Positions 29,027 through 42,890 of a stretch of 64,000 bases of DNA are shown here, piece after piece. The translations under genes were made by a program, and so were the position numbers. The stretch is from positions 373,984,001 to 374,048,000 of the forward strand of contig OZ024743.1 of the NCBI GenBank assembly GCA_964016885.1, in the 5' to 3' direction. Source of the stretch: Eledone cirrhosa. Taxonomy: Eukaryota. The first letter of the stretch is position 1. The number at the start of each line of letters is the position of its first letter. Below the pieces are notes generated by a model. It saw only the letters and a list, made by a program, of their open reading frames with translations, was not told the origin of the DNA and made no database searches.

Positions 29027-29383
29027 TACATTTCTAGTTTTACAGTTAATATGGGGGCTTATTTTACAGGTTATACATTTCTTATCTATACAGGAGGGTC
29101 TTTGAAAAGGGTATGTCTTGCTAATAAGTGTTTTTACGGAGGTACCTGGTCTTTCTACTATCTTAATATTGAGTTTATGTTTATCTAGGGCCTTTCTAAG
29201 CTTACAAATTTAGAAGGGCCCTAGATAAACATAAACTCAATATTAAGATAGTAGAAAGACCAGGTACCTCCGTAAAAACACTTATTAGCAAGACATACCC
29301 TTTTCAAAGACCCCCCCTTTATAGATAAGAAATGTATAACCTGTAAAATAAGCCCCCATATTAACTGTAAAACTAGAAATGTA

Positions 29384-29701
29384 GTGTATAGCATAAGATG
29401 TACTGAAGGACAATGTAGAGACAAAAATATAGTGTACATAGGTGAGACAGCTCGTAGTGTAGGGGAACGGATAAATGAACACTGGCGAGACCTTCAAGAT
29501 AGTAAAGAATCATCTGTACTCTACCAACATGCTAAAATAGAACATAAGGGTAAATTAGAGAACATAGAAATAAAAATAGAATCTACACACAGAAAAGACG
29601 CAATGTTTAGACAAATCACAGAGGCAATAAACATAAAAGAATTACAACCAAAATTAAATAGAAAATATGAGTGGAACAGCAACATCACAACTTACAATTA
29701 G
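29384..29701 (+). pseudogene. PLE GIY-YIG endonuclease C-terminal fragment (inverted copy)
   Basis: VYSIRC...YIGETARSVGERINEH...EAINIKELQPKLN. Confidence 0.88.
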
Positions 29702-29901
29702 AACAAAATGAAAACACACACACACATAGAACAAACAACCAACCGGTAACATGTAAATAAACAAATAAATAAACGAATATAAACACAGACAGACACCCGG
29801 ATGTGGCGCATGCGCAGACTGAGCACACAACACACACACAGAAACAAAATGGCGTAGGACAGAACAAAGGAGAGGCACAAAAACAAAGAAAAGAATCCCC
29901 A

Positions 29902-29944
29902 GTCACTGAAGAGGTCACAGAATGTCTGACGAAAGAACTTTGAC
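29902..29944 (+). ncRNA. Minimal hammerhead ribozyme motif (mirror copy)
   Basis: gtca CTGAAGA ggtcacagaatgtctgac GAAA gaac TT tgac. Confidence 0.68.
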
Positions 29945-30102
29945 AATATATAAACAACTATCTGGTTGTGGAACCAACCAACCAACCAACCAGAAATTTA
30001 TAAATTTATAAATTCCTAAATTTATAAATTTATTATAATAAATTGAAGTGAAAGCAACTGGTGCGTGTGTTTCTTATTGGCAACATGACTCTCCCAAAGT
30101 AT

Positions 30103-30297
<195 letters not shown>

Positions 30298-30766
30298 AGG
30301 GGAGAGAGAGAGAGATGATCTGCAGTACAGGGGCCGGGAAGACCACAAATCAATGAAGTACTCGAATCATGGTATGATGCAGAGTGGGTGTATTAGTGAA
30401 AGAAGAGGATCTACCGCGTACTCGGGCATTTCGGCTAGTTACCTCTTCAGGTACCAGGGACAGTGGAAACATTTCTGAATTGGGGGTGGAGGTGGGGGTG
30501 GAGGTGGGGGCAAATCTGGACAATTTAGTTGTAAACATAACATGTACATTAATTGTAGCTCATATCCAAATAGATGAGTGCTTTGGTAGTTTGGGGATGA
30601 AAATATAATCATTGGAGGGGGGAGGCATGCCTCCACCCAGTTCCACCACCTTTGCCTATATATAATTAAAAAAATTAAGCTCTGTGCTTTTTCCTAAGGG
30701 GTTAATTTATCGAGCTTCTTCGCATTTGGTAAGAAACTGGTATTAAACCCAATTTATTCATCTCCT

Positions 30767-30839
<73 letters not shown>

Positions 30840-31580
30840 GGGAGTGTAACTTGGAGTTACAGTAGGTTCACTTCAGTATCGAGGTGTAGAGCTATAAAGA
30901 GTGTATCATAGTGAAATAAAATAACAACGACGATTGGTTACTCCTTTATTACGTTTAAAAAAAAAAAAAAAAAAAAAAGAAGGAACAATAAAAAAAATCC
31001 AACCAACAGGTGGGTGTTGTTTCAAGGGTGATTTGGCAGCTATTTCTAGCATGTCGAGTAACTGTAACCATACTAATGCTTAAAGAGAATGTTCTCTGAC
31101 ATGGTCATTGAAGGAGACAATTTTTCGCTATCATAGTACATGTGCTGTCTATTTATGTCACAGACAGGGTGATCACTCAACCGTATAGGCAGCAGTATAT
31201 CACGTGGTTCATACAGACGTTAGTTCATCAAACTGGCTTAGATGTAGGCTTAGCTTAAATTTCCACCAATGTCAATCATAGTGAAATTATTTCATCCTGA
31301 TTTCCTGTCCGGACGGAAATTGACTACATCATATACATAATTCAAATTATAAATATAACCTTAGTTTTTGTATGAATAATATATAAACGAAGGATTTACT
31401 CTTGATGCCAAATATACATACCATCATACAGGCTATGTACATAAATACATACATACACACACACATACATACATACATACACACTTACATACATTATGTG
31501 TGTATGTAAACGCACTCACACAAACATACAAGTACACACACACACACACATATATACATACATCTATATTTCCAGTGTTA

Positions 31581-31636
<56 letters not shown>

Positions 31637-31641
<5 letters not shown>

Positions 31642-33037
31642 GTAGAACACTGGAAGGTAATATCCGTAGTGGTAGAGCACTCAGTCCATGGGACGAGTTA
31701 GGTAGAAGTGGTTACACAAAAGTTAGTTCACCATACTGAGAACAATTGTTTCACCTTAGCGGATCCTCAGCTCGTAAAGGACATGGTTATACTGAAGAGG
31801 AAGGACAACCGTACGAACGCGCATGCGCAGAAACGATCACTTCACACAGGCAATACTAAAATGCGTGCGAGAGGTGTAAGCGAGATAACTGCGAAAGTCT
31901 GAAAAATTTCTAGTCGATAAGAAAATTAGGATGTTGTTGTAATTCAATCCGGAGCTTTGTAGTTACGTAAGAGGTGTATCGAGACGTGTGGACAACGTGT
32001 GAAGAATTCATTTCTTGTATTTAGGCAATCGCTATTGTATAATCTCTTTAGAATATTTATTCGTTCATCAATACATAGTCCACACGACGGATTTCCCCTT
32101 GCGTATGGCTTGGACTTAGTGATGACTTTCCATTGAATGGAGTAGTCTATACTTGAGTCCTTGAGGGAGCATATGAGGCTCGCGAGTTTCGTGGATGAAC
32201 GTCTGTCTGGGTACCTAAAGGTCGACTGGTGGTTCAGGAAGCGTTCCTTAAATCGGCCCTCCGTCATGCCCACATAGGATTTGACCTCCTGTGGTTGATT
32301 TGGTCGGTTGGAAGTGACCACAGCTTCATAAACTACAGCGGGTGTGTTGCATTACTGTTGAAGGGGAAAAGCTTCGGGCTAACGGCAAGAGCACCCGGGG
32401 GGGGGGGGGGGTTGATCTTAGGGCTGTTGGTGGTGTGGGCCTTCATGTTCTTAGCGTAGGAGTATCCTAGTTTTACTTTGTGTCGGTTAAAGATGGAGCG
32501 GTATTTATGACCTATGGGAAAGTGTCTATCTAAGAAGGCTAGACATTTTTTGCCTACATTGGTTTTAACGATGAGTGAGAAAGGAGGAGAGAACCAGATA
32601 GTTTGTCTATTGTTACGCTTTCTTTTCTTATTGCTGTTGTTGATAGTGGGCGAATAAGTGATAGGTTGTGAGAAGCCGCTGTTAGCCAACGCAGTGTTAT
32701 AGTAGGGTGCCGCCCTATCAAAGATAGCCTTATTAGAGGAGAGGTTTGAGATTCTAGTACTGATATTATTTACGAAGTTTCTAAAAACAGTGGGAGGGTG
32801 GCATGAGTCCTTGTGATTGTAATTGAGTTTTTCGTTTAGCTTATGGAAGGGTCTGTAGGTGTGTGTGCGAAGGTCTAAATTAATGTCTAAGAAATCTACG
32901 CTAGAGAGGTTGGTAGCTACTGTTATCGTAAGTCCTAACTCATTGAAGGTAGAAGCTAAGTCCTTTTTAAACCGGTCGAGGTCGTGACCACTTTTATGGC
33001 TCGATAAGGTCAGTCCATCATCACGGTATATACCCCT
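31637..33037 (-). mobile_element. 5'-truncated Penelope-like element (RT C-terminus + GIY-YIG)
   Basis: 32333-33037 GIYRDDGL...VDFLDINLDL...IWFSPPFS; 31944-32321 SYVGMTEGRFKERFLNH...CGLCIDE; same family as 36272-38474. Confidence 0.9.
31736..31775 (-). ncRNA. Minimal hammerhead ribozyme in PLE 3' end
   Basis: gag CTGAGGA tccgctaaggt GAAA caattg TT ctc; palindromic stem III loop. Confidence 0.72.
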
Positions 33038-33053
33038 CAGTGTATACTGATTA

Positions 33054-33400
33054 ATGTTCAGGATGGCTCTGAACATTAATCAGTATACACTGAGGATGAA
33101 AAATCCAGAGCTGTATGGGAGCATCCCAAAAGTCAGCTCAAAAGTGACACAGAGGAGACTGAGGTTAGCTGGACATGCTCACCGACATCCAGAGTTGACA
33201 TTGCACTCAGTGCTCCTTTGGGAGCCCCTACATGGACACACTAGAAGAGGAAGACCAAGGTTAACGTATGTTGATGCCCTAAGGACAGACACTGGTCTGT
33301 TGGAGATGCAGGACATGGCAGCGATAATGAGGGACAGAGACCGCTGGAGAGAACTCGTCCATGGATCTCGGGAATTTTACCCGCCTTAGATAGATATATA
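33054..33400 (+). mobile_element. RTE LINE 3' fragment
   Basis: RRLRLAGHAHRH...[18 protein letters not shown]...DRDRWR, typical RTE C-terminus. Confidence 0.85.
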
Positions 33401-33421
33401 TACGTATATATATATATACAC

Positions 33422-33525
<104 letters not shown>

Positions 33526-33578
33526 GTGTATATATATACGTATTTATATTTTCAGCGTTACCTATATAAACACATATA

Positions 33579-33655
<77 letters not shown>

Positions 33656-33666
33656 GTATATATATA

Positions 33667-33834
<168 letters not shown>

Positions 33835-33844
33835 TATATATATA

Positions 33845-34780
33845 CTAGCAGTAAAGCCCGGCGTTGCTCGGGGTCGCTCAGTAGCTGTGTTAAAGTTACA
33901 ATGTTAAGTTTCTTTTTTGGCTTAAAAACTGTAATGTCTACTGTGCAGACTTGCATGTGGTGTTTTTGATTAATATTCCCTCAACCAACAATATGCCTTA
34001 TGAAGTTAAGAAAACATAACGATAACCCGAATGTTATAACAAAAGAGGATGCTGGGGATAAAAACTGCACTGGTTATTTATTAACAAAAATCGAAAATGT
34101 AAACACTGCAACGCAGTGAAAAATATTAGCGTAACCAAATTATCAGTTATGTCTGTCTGCACGCCTATATCACCTCTCTGCACAACTGTCTGTCTGCACG
34201 CCTATATCACCTCTCTACACGACTATCTGTCTGCACGCCTATATCACCTCTCTGCACGACTGTCTGTCTGCACGCCTATATCACCTCTCTGCACGACTAT
34301 CTGTCTGCACGCGTATATCACCTCTCTGCACGACTGTCTGTCTGCACGCCTAACGACGAAATATTTGCTTGTTTTACGTAGTCTTTAAATAGACTTGTTT
34401 TCAAGTAAAAATATTGTTTTAAAATGCTTTTAAATGGAAATGAAGCAAAACGGAAGTTTAGTGTTCGAACTGATGAATTTTGCAGGTCAATATTTTGCTG
34501 GCTCGACAACTGTTAAAGCCAGCGTAATTTTTTACGTAAGACGCTCAATGTAAACAGAACAAAGGGAAATAACTGATAACTTACGCTCAAAAATCGATAC
34601 ATTATATTCGATTTCGTCACATAGGGTGGGTCAATTTGAAATATTTTTTTTTCCGATGTCTTCGCTAGGGCTCAATGTACAAGTATAGCAATTTCGGTGC
34701 AATTCCGTGAGAGATTCTAAGAGGAGATGTGTGCCAAAAATCGATAGACAGACAGACAACCACAGTTTTATATATATAGA
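33845..34780 (-). mobile_element. Non-autonomous Helitron
   Basis: 5' a|TCtatatatataaaa at 34780; 3' cccgagcaacgccggg hairpin + CTAG|t at 33845. Confidence 0.87.
34151..34350. repeat. 37-bp minisatellite inside Helitron, ~5.4 copies
   Basis: gtctgtctgcacgcctatatcacctctctgcacgact. Confidence 0.93.
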
Positions 34781-35094
34781 TTATATATATATATTATATA
34801 TATATATAGTATTAAGGATACTATTTATGGTTATGTATATAATAAAACCTTATATAGTTATATATATTTTAAATCCTAAATAGTGAAAGACAGTAATTCA
34901 TTACTATCTTATTACCAGTAAGATAAATAGCTCAATGTAATAACTCTACTACCCTAAGTATTGAGTACTTTGGTGTGTTATGGTCCACCTGGTTCCTTAC
35001 CACATTTCCTTCGTTATATATATATATATATATTATATATATATATATACTGACGAAACATAAGTCAATTGCATGAACTCATAATCCTTTATTT

Positions 35095-35150
35095 ACTGCT
35101 ATATACATTTCGATGATAGCCATTGAATTGTTATGACCTCATCAGGCAGT
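35095..35150 (-). ncRNA. Type I hammerhead ribozyme motif
   Basis: actgc CTGATGA ggtcat...atggctatcatc GAAA tgtata TA gcagt, near the end of a ~580-bp non-coding insert in (TA)n. Confidence 0.68.
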
Positions 35151-35701
35151 TAGTCAGTTCTTAGATATGCCAGCTCTGTGTTTATGGTGTTGATGGTATC
35201 AGAGCCTTGGGACATATGAGCTTGTTAGGAATAATTTAATGTTGTCAGCAGGAATAGTCTTAATTCTCATTGGTCAGTTTGTAGATGCTAGTAGGGTTGG
35301 TATTTGACCTCAAAGAGGCAGGTGGTGTTGTAAAGTTCAAAGCGTCAGGCAAGATGACAATAGTTCCATATGACTGATTTTCACAAAAAGCATTCCTGGT
35401 CAGATATATATTCAATTAAGGTTAATAGTATGAAATAGATACTACAGGTCATTCTTAAATTGAGGAATTTATGTGGAGTGGTGTTACTGAAAATTATGGT
35501 TAGAGTAGAAAATGTAGTTTGGTTTGCACGTACACTCACACCCACCTCCACAGACACACACACACATCCACACATACAAATTGAGGAATTAATGTGGGGT
35601 GGTAATACTTAAAATAATGGTTAGAGTCAAATATATATATATATATATGTGTGTGTATATATATATATAACATATATATATATACATATATAGATAGATA
35701 G

Positions 35702-35814
<113 letters not shown>

Positions 35815-36180
35815 CATATATATTTTCAGCGTTACCTATTGCACACATATATCCTTGTCTTTTTATAGACATTTTTCTGTTGTTCCAGTAGAAATACTAG
35901 TTAGTATTCACCTGCATTGTTTATTTTCTGTTCGTTTACTTCGTTGTTGTGTTGTCTTATGCAACTCTCTGGCGCCTAAAAACATTCTAATGTGCAGACT
36001 AGCTGTTGAAGCGGCAAGAGCTCAGTCGTCAGGGTCCTGACTCTTTATAAAATAACCTTACTCGACAACCCCAAGTATCAATTACTTTGGTGAGTAGGAC
36101 CCCGACGGCTGACCCCGGCGGTCTAACCAGTTTCAAACTGAATACATCCTCATATATATATATGTATATATATATATATA

Positions 36181-36271
<91 letters not shown>

Positions 36272-36274
<3 letters not shown>

Positions 36275-38474
36275 TGGTTACACAACAGTTAGTTCACCAT
36301 ACCGAGAACAATTGTTTCACCTTAGCGGACCCTCAGCTCGGAATGGCCATGGTTATAGGAACAGGAAGGACAACCATACGAACGTGCATGCGTAGAAACC
36401 CGGTCACTTCACACAGGCAATACTGCGTGCGAGTGCCGTAAGGGAGGTAACTGTGAAAGTCCGAAAAGTTTTTTGGTTGAAAATAAAATTACAGTCCGGA
36501 GCCTTGTAGTTATGCAATAAGTGTTTGGCGACGTGTGGACAACGTGTGAAAAATTCATTTCTCGTGTTTAGGCAATCACTATTGCGTAATCTCTTTAGAA
36601 TAGTTATTCGTTCGTCAATACATAAGCCACACGTAGAATTTCCCCTTGCGTATGGCTTGGATTTAGTGATGGCTTTCCATTGAATGGAGTAGTCTATACT
36701 TGAGTCCTTGAGGGACCATACGTGGCTCGCGAGTTTCGTGGATGAACGTCTGTCCGGGTACCTGAAGGTAGACTGGTGGTTCAGGAAACGTTCCTTAAAT
36801 CGGCCCTCCGCCATGCTCAAATAGGATTTGACCTCCTATGGTTCGTTTGGTCGGTTGGAAGTGACAACAGTGTGTTGCATTGCTGTTGAAGGGGAAAAGC
36901 TTCGGGCTAACGGCAAGAGCACCCTGGTGGGGTGTTGATCTTAGGGCTGCTGGTGATGTGGGCCGTCATGTTCTTAGCGCAGGGGTATCCTAGTTTTACT
37001 TTGTGTCGGTTAAAGATGGGGCGGTATTTATGACCTATGGGAAAGTGTCTATCTAAGAGGGCTAGAAATTTCTTTCCTACATTGGTCTTAACGTTGAGTG
37101 AGAAGGGAGGAGAGAACCAGATAGTTTGTCTATTGTTGCGCTTACTTTTCTTAATGGTGTTGTTGCTAGTGGGAGAGTAAGTGATAGGTTGTGAGAAGCC
37201 GCTGTTAGCCAACGCCGTGTTATAGTAGGGTGCCGTCCTGTCAAAGATAGCCTTATTAGAGGAGAGGTTTGAGATTCTCGTACTGATATTCTTAAAGAAG
37301 TTTCTAAAAACATTTGGAGGGTGGCATGAGTCCTTGTGAATGTAATTGAGTTTCTCGTTCAGCTTATGGAAAGGTCTGTGGGTGTGTGTGCGAAGGTCTA
37401 AATTAATGTCTAAGAAATCTACGCTAGAGAGGTTGGTGGCTATTGTTATCCTAAGTCCTAACTCATTGAAAGTAGAAGCTAAGTCTTTTTTAAACCGGTC
37501 GAGGTCGTGACCACTTTTATGGCTCGATAAAATCAGTCCATCGTCGCGGTATATACCCCTGTGGAAGTCCGGGAATCTAACACGTAATATGTCTAAGATA
37601 AATAGGCCAACCAAGTCACATACATCAGCACTGTCAAACGATCCCATGGAGACGTCGAATAGGTCTGAAGTTGTAGACTTCTTTGCTCAGGCTACTCCGT
37701 CGTTGAAGAGGAGAGTTTTCCGGCAGTGAGCGATGATTTCCCTGTCTAAACCATCGACGGTGGTATAAGTGGTAGCGAAGTCCAACGCTTTGTTTAACAG
37801 GGTCTCTGAGATCGATGGATAAAAATCGACAATGTCAAACTGTGTGAACTTCGCTTTTTTGGATTTTAAGGAGTTAAACCACTTAATTACGGAGTCGCTG
37901 TTCTCCCACTGGGGTAGGTTGGACTTGGTCCTAATGGTCTTAACTATGTTTCTAAGTATGGCTTTACTGACTAGTCCCATATCTGTGCGTGTCGGGTTTA
38001 TTAGTCTACATGTGGGGTTAGAAGTAAAGTCTACTTTGTGATCTTTCAGGGTGAGGCACGCCTCCCGCTTAGCTAGAGATTGTAGCTTCTTATCTACCTT
38101 AAGGTCGGCGGCAAGTTCCTTGGCTTCTGTATTAATGTCGTGGTAGGCCATAGGGTTAGCTTTCTTATATTTAGAATTAATAGCGTTATGGGCCAGGTGG
38201 CGGAAAGTGGTGTTGTCGACTTCGTAAATATTATTAGTTTTGTCGGAAAGAACGAAGGTGTTATTAGAAGACCTAAATTTCTTAATATCATTTCTGAGTT
38301 TCGTTTGAAAGGTGTTAGTGTGTTTGCGAAAGGAAATGTAAGGAACTAAGTCAAGAAGGTCCGTCTCGAAAGGAGCAAGTTCAGTTACCTTAGGAGGGTA
38401 GGCTCTCGATTTCAGGTTGAAGGTGTTGTTGGTACCTGTAATTTTGTCGTCAAAAGCTAGGGCTCGCCATCTTA
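36272..38474 (-). mobile_element. Penelope-like element, disrupted RT + GIY-YIG
   Basis: ORF pieces: PTCRLINP, QFDIVDFYPSI (37687-38151); MGSFDSADVCDLVG, YRDDGL (36907-37647); endonuclease 36404-36820; flanked by (TA)n. Confidence 0.92.
36302..36341 (-). ncRNA. Hammerhead motif with A9G change
   Basis: ccgag CTGAGGG tccgctaaggt GAAA caattg TT ctcgg. Confidence 0.62.
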
Positions 38475-38914
38475 TATAATATATATATATATATATATAT
38501 ATTATAAAATAAGTTTTTTTTTACAAAATGAAAAAAAAAAACGAGACGTCCTACACGAGTGAAAGTATAAGGAAAAAAGATGAAGTCGAAAATGCAACTG
38601 GAATCTTTTTAAGAATATTTATTTGGTTCCTTTACCGGTTTCTGAGTTCTTGTACTTTTCAAAAGTAGAATTGAGATGGAGGGTTTGTGGTTTTTCTCGC
38701 ATATATATATATCAACGGAACGGGTGAAGGCATCATCTTTGTCCGTTCCCTTGTCGTATTAATTTGGATTGCCTCGACAACGTAACCATATTACGTAAGA
38801 CGCTGTCTGATGAGATCATGGCACTGTCGTAATTGTAATATGTATCACAGTCTTATCAATAAATGGCTTTAACATCTGAAACTACTTCGCATTTTCTTAT
38901 TCTCTCTCTCTCTC

Positions 38915-39015
<101 letters not shown>

Positions 39016-39071
39016 ATATATAATGTAATGAATAGGAACGAGGTGTCAAAGTATTATCATTAAGTTTATTC

Positions 39072-39233
39072 AGTTGTAACGTGCGTTTCGCGATTGATCA
39101 GCTCAAATTACAATCCGTACCAATCGGGCCCGACCCTGGAATCAATGGTTCATCAGACTCGTAGATTCCTTATTGACGAGTCTGATGAGCTATTGATTCC
39201 AGAGTCGGACCTGATCAATACGGATCGTATCTG

Positions 39234-39236
<3 letters not shown>
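39072..39236 (-). mobile_element. Short imperfect fold-back with hammerhead
   Basis: Arms ~39105-39162 and ~39176-39232; minus strand agt CTGATGA...long stem II...GAAA cgcacg TT; relative at 39890-39950. Confidence 0.68.
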
Positions 39237-39291
<55 letters not shown>

Positions 39292-39532
39292 CAATAGTAA
39301 ACAGAGACAAATACAGAGATACAATTATGCAGTCTTATTAGTTTCATGCTTGACAGAAAAAAAAAATGTTTCAGCATATCGGACTTTAGCCCTTCATCAT
39401 GAAAGAGTAAAGTTAGGAGAAAGAGGGTGTTGGAAAGTTGATAAGAAAGGTTTCATATGAGCGGTTTTATTAAAGTTATTAACAATTAAGACTTATCTGT
39501 GCATTACAATTGATTTCATCAGACATAAACAA

Positions 39533-39713
39533 ATAGATGTAGGAATCTCAAACGAAAATAATAACTGTAGCCACAGTCGATTGCTATAAGCAATAACTAA
39601 GAAAATTGGGTTAACTATCACTTTTTTCTATCTATAAAGGTTCGATAAGCTATTTACTTATAGCAATCGACTCTGGCTACAATTATATTATGCGTTTGGG
39701 ATTCCTACATCTA
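39533..39713. repeat. Imperfect inverted repeat (~60-bp arms)
   Basis: tagatgtaggaatc...gtcgattgctataag versus cttatagcaatcgac...gattcctacatcta. Confidence 0.8.
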
Positions 39714-39805
39714 AGCATTTCAAATATGACGAAACACTTCGACACTTCATATAAACAAATACGTTTAACTTTTTCAAATTAGATAGGATGGAGAAAAATA
39801 AAACG

Positions 39806-39863
<58 letters not shown>

Positions 39864-39977
39864 GCAAGGACGATTTGTTAAGCCTTCATTACGTTTATTG
39901 ATTCGATCTCTATCGATCTGGCCCGACTCTGGAATCAAAAGCACGTCGGATCTCTGCTATTGTAATTTGTAAGGACA

Positions 39978-40053
<76 letters not shown>

Positions 40054-40270
40054 GCAAACATCACGAGCACTGTATCTCAAAATTATTTTTGAAAATTATT
40101 AGAAATGCGCAACCGGTAAAAACTTAAAACTAAAACTGAATACCAACGAATACTTATTACTAATTTATACTTATTCCTAATTAAACTATTTTTCACTGTG
40201 AACAATTTGTCAGCATTTTCTTTTCCGTTTACCAATATATCATAACTCGTGTGTTACACCTCTATTCTTT

Positions 40271-40311
<41 letters not shown>

Positions 40312-40316
<5 letters not shown>

Positions 40317-40505
40317 AACGAGTAGGACCCCGACGGCTGAGCTCAAGCCGTTTCGACGGCTAATTCTGGACAGAATTAGCCGTCGAAACGGCTTGAGCTC
40401 AGCCGTCGGGGTCCTACTCGTTCCTATTACCCACTCTACTACCCTAAGTATTGAGTACTTTGGTGCGTTATGGTCCACCTGGTTCCTTACCACATTTCCT
40501 CCGTT
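40312..40505 (+). mobile_element. Miniature fold-back (~56-bp arms) with 3' half of a hammerhead and tail
   Basis: Palindrome 40312-40427; GAAA cggct tgagctc agccg TC; tail shared with 34944-35015 and 47351-47423. Confidence 0.85.
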
Positions 40506-40561
40506 ATATATATATATATATATATGTGTGTATATGTGTGTGTATATAGATGTGTGTATAT

Positions 40562-40960
40562 ATCATCATCATCATCATCGTTTAACGTCCGTGTTCCATG
40601 CTTGCATGGGTTTGGACGGGAGTTTTCCCACTTGAGGCAAGAGTGGTTGTCTTGCTCGCATAGGACTGTCTGGCGGGTTTTCTACAGTTGGATGCCCTTC
40701 CTAACACCAACCACATTTACAGTGTGGGGCTGGGAGGTTTTTACCGTGTTGCCTACACGGCCACATTACAGCGTGGACTGTCTGGCAGGTTTTCTACAGC
40801 TGGATGCCCTTCCTAACACCAACCACATTTACAATGTGGGACTGGGACGTTTTTACCGTGTTGCCTACACGGTCACATTACAGCGTGGACTGTGTGTTTT
40901 TTTTTGTCGTGACACCTACACGATCTCATTTGTTTCGGCCTGGATTTTGTGGCACCAACA
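40562..40960 (-). mobile_element. Non-autonomous RTE-dependent element (RTE 5'UTR + 3' end, (GAT)n tail)
   Basis: 3' end resembles 23552-23591; ggatgcccttcctaacacca matches RTE 5'UTR 26680-26699; internal ~113-bp duplication. Confidence 0.75.
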
Positions 40961-41057
40961 TAACTTTACATTGAAAGGGGCGGTGTGGATGGGGGGTGGG
41001 GGTGGGGGTGTATTTTGTTAGAGATGCCTACTGACTGTAGTAGGTTTTACTTTGTAT

Positions 41058-41730
41058 TTAGGTAAGGCGGGTCTTCTCTATTACTGAGTACCGCCAAAGG
41101 TCTCGGTCCAGTGACATTGTCTTGGAGAGGTGTAAGTGTGTGAGGTCGGAATTTATCAGCTCGTCCCAGGTTTTTCTGGGTCTGCCTACTCCGTGGCTAC
41201 CGTCTATCTTTATTGCCCTGCACTTTGTTATACAGCTGTCGTCTTTCATGCGCATCACGTGACCATACCAACGTAGCCTTCTCTCGAGTAAACAACATCT
41301 GATCCCTCTTATTTCTAATTTTTTCCTTAGTTCGTTTATGCTTTGCCGTTCACGTATATTACTATTGCACATCCAGCGGAGCATGCAAGCTTCGTTCCTC
41401 TCTAGTCTGCGTATATCCTCTGCACACAATGCCCAGGTCTCACTACCATGCAACATTGCTGTTCGTATGCAGGCATCGTACCACCTGCCTTTCATTTTTA
41501 GGGAGAACCCTTTAGCAGCTAATAGTGGTATAAGCTCTCTGAACTTTTTCCAACCAGTTCTGACTCTAGCTACAGTACTTTCAGAGCACCCTCCCCCACT
41601 GCTGATTTTATCGCCCAAGTAACGGAAGCTGTCCACTATTTCTATAGAACCCTCTGCGCAATTGAAAGAGCTAGTATTTTGTGGGCACTTGCTGCTACTT
41701 ATTGCACCAGAGCACCGGCCACATGTAAAA

Positions 41731-41735
<5 letters not shown>
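41058..41735 (-). pseudogene. RTE LINE C-terminal fragment (related subfamily of 23554-24519)
   Basis: IEIVDSFRYLGDKISSGGGCSE...MLHGSETW...RRLRWYGHVMRM...GRPRKTW. Confidence 0.88.
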
Positions 41736-41780
<45 letters not shown>

Positions 41781-42345
41781 CATATATATATATATATATA
41801 CACACATCTATATACACACATACACACACACACATACACGTATGTACACACACATACACATACACATACACATATGTACACACTCACACACATATACATA
41901 CACACATACATACATACATTATCAGCATCATCATGTTCAAGCAACTGGTGCAGCCAAATGTTGGGGTGCCACCTTAGCCACTTTTGCAGTCAGTCGTTGC
42001 CGCTGGTCTCTATTTTCCGTCATGTATAGAAGGGTCTCAGTGTTTTGACCAGTCCAGTTCCATCTAGCCTAGTCCAGTCAAGTCCAGTCTTTGATGTTGT
42101 TGGACATACACACATACATATATATACGTATATGTTAATTAGTGATATATTATGTAAGATTGTTTTAGAAGAAAAAAATATTTACAATAATGGTATTTCA
42201 ATCTTTTCCAATGCTGCTTTCTTTTTCTTCCTGCTTAACCAATTTATAATTAATAAAATATTTACTGAATACCTTCGACCTTTCTTTGTCTTATCAAGGG
42301 CGTGTGTGCGTTTTGGTAAACAGAAACAAGTTTTCGACAATGTTC

Positions 42346-42404
<59 letters not shown>

Positions 42405-42440
42405 GATATAACAAATATCAAGTGAACTATTCAATGCAAA

Positions 42441-42529
42441 TATTGGGTCGTCAAGTATGAAGTTTGTAGAAATTTGTTGTTTTTTTTTTGCAACACATTT
42501 CTACAAATTTCATACTTGACGACCCAATA
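42441..42529. repeat. Inverted repeat, ~39-bp arms
   Basis: tattgggtcgtcaagtatgaagtttgtagaaat versus atttctacaaatttcatacttgacgacccaata. Confidence 0.87.
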
Positions 42530-42589
42530 CATTGTATATGACATCTATCGTTGTCTTATCAAGTGAGTGTGTGTGTTGATGTTCTCTCT

Positions 42590-42890
42590 TTCAATCACTG
42601 CCTCCGTCTCTCTCGTTCTCCCCTCCCTCAATATTATAAGCAAATGGGATCCCACGCGCCGGTCGCTCCGCAGTCCCGGTGGACAGAATAGAGGAGTTTC
42701 TTCAAGGGATGGTGAGGGAAATGCGTTGGAAGAGTCATTTCAGCTCGCGAGGCTTACACCTGCGGGTAACCAACTCCGTGCCGATGGTGGGGAGTAGGGA
42801 GATCGTCCTAGGACCGCAAACCTGTCGTAGAGCGACCAATATTTGGAGAGTTTACCCTCTCCGCCCGAAGTTCAGTCTGATGATTGAGTT
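42590..42890 (+). mobile_element. GC-rich dispersed repeat, possible PLE 5' region
   Basis: Second copy reversed at ~51610-51890; translation IEEFLQGMVREMRWKSHF resembles PLE N-terminal RMRW motif. Confidence 0.5.

Noticed and set aside
30418-30455. gtac CTGAAGA ggtaactagcc GAAA tgcccga gtac on minus strand
   Set aside because: Lacks the required U at the cleavage triplet; at best a degenerate hammerhead.
38803-38851. ctgt CTGATGA gat...gtc GTAA ... acag
   Set aside because: GAAA is mutated and stem III is poor; degenerate.
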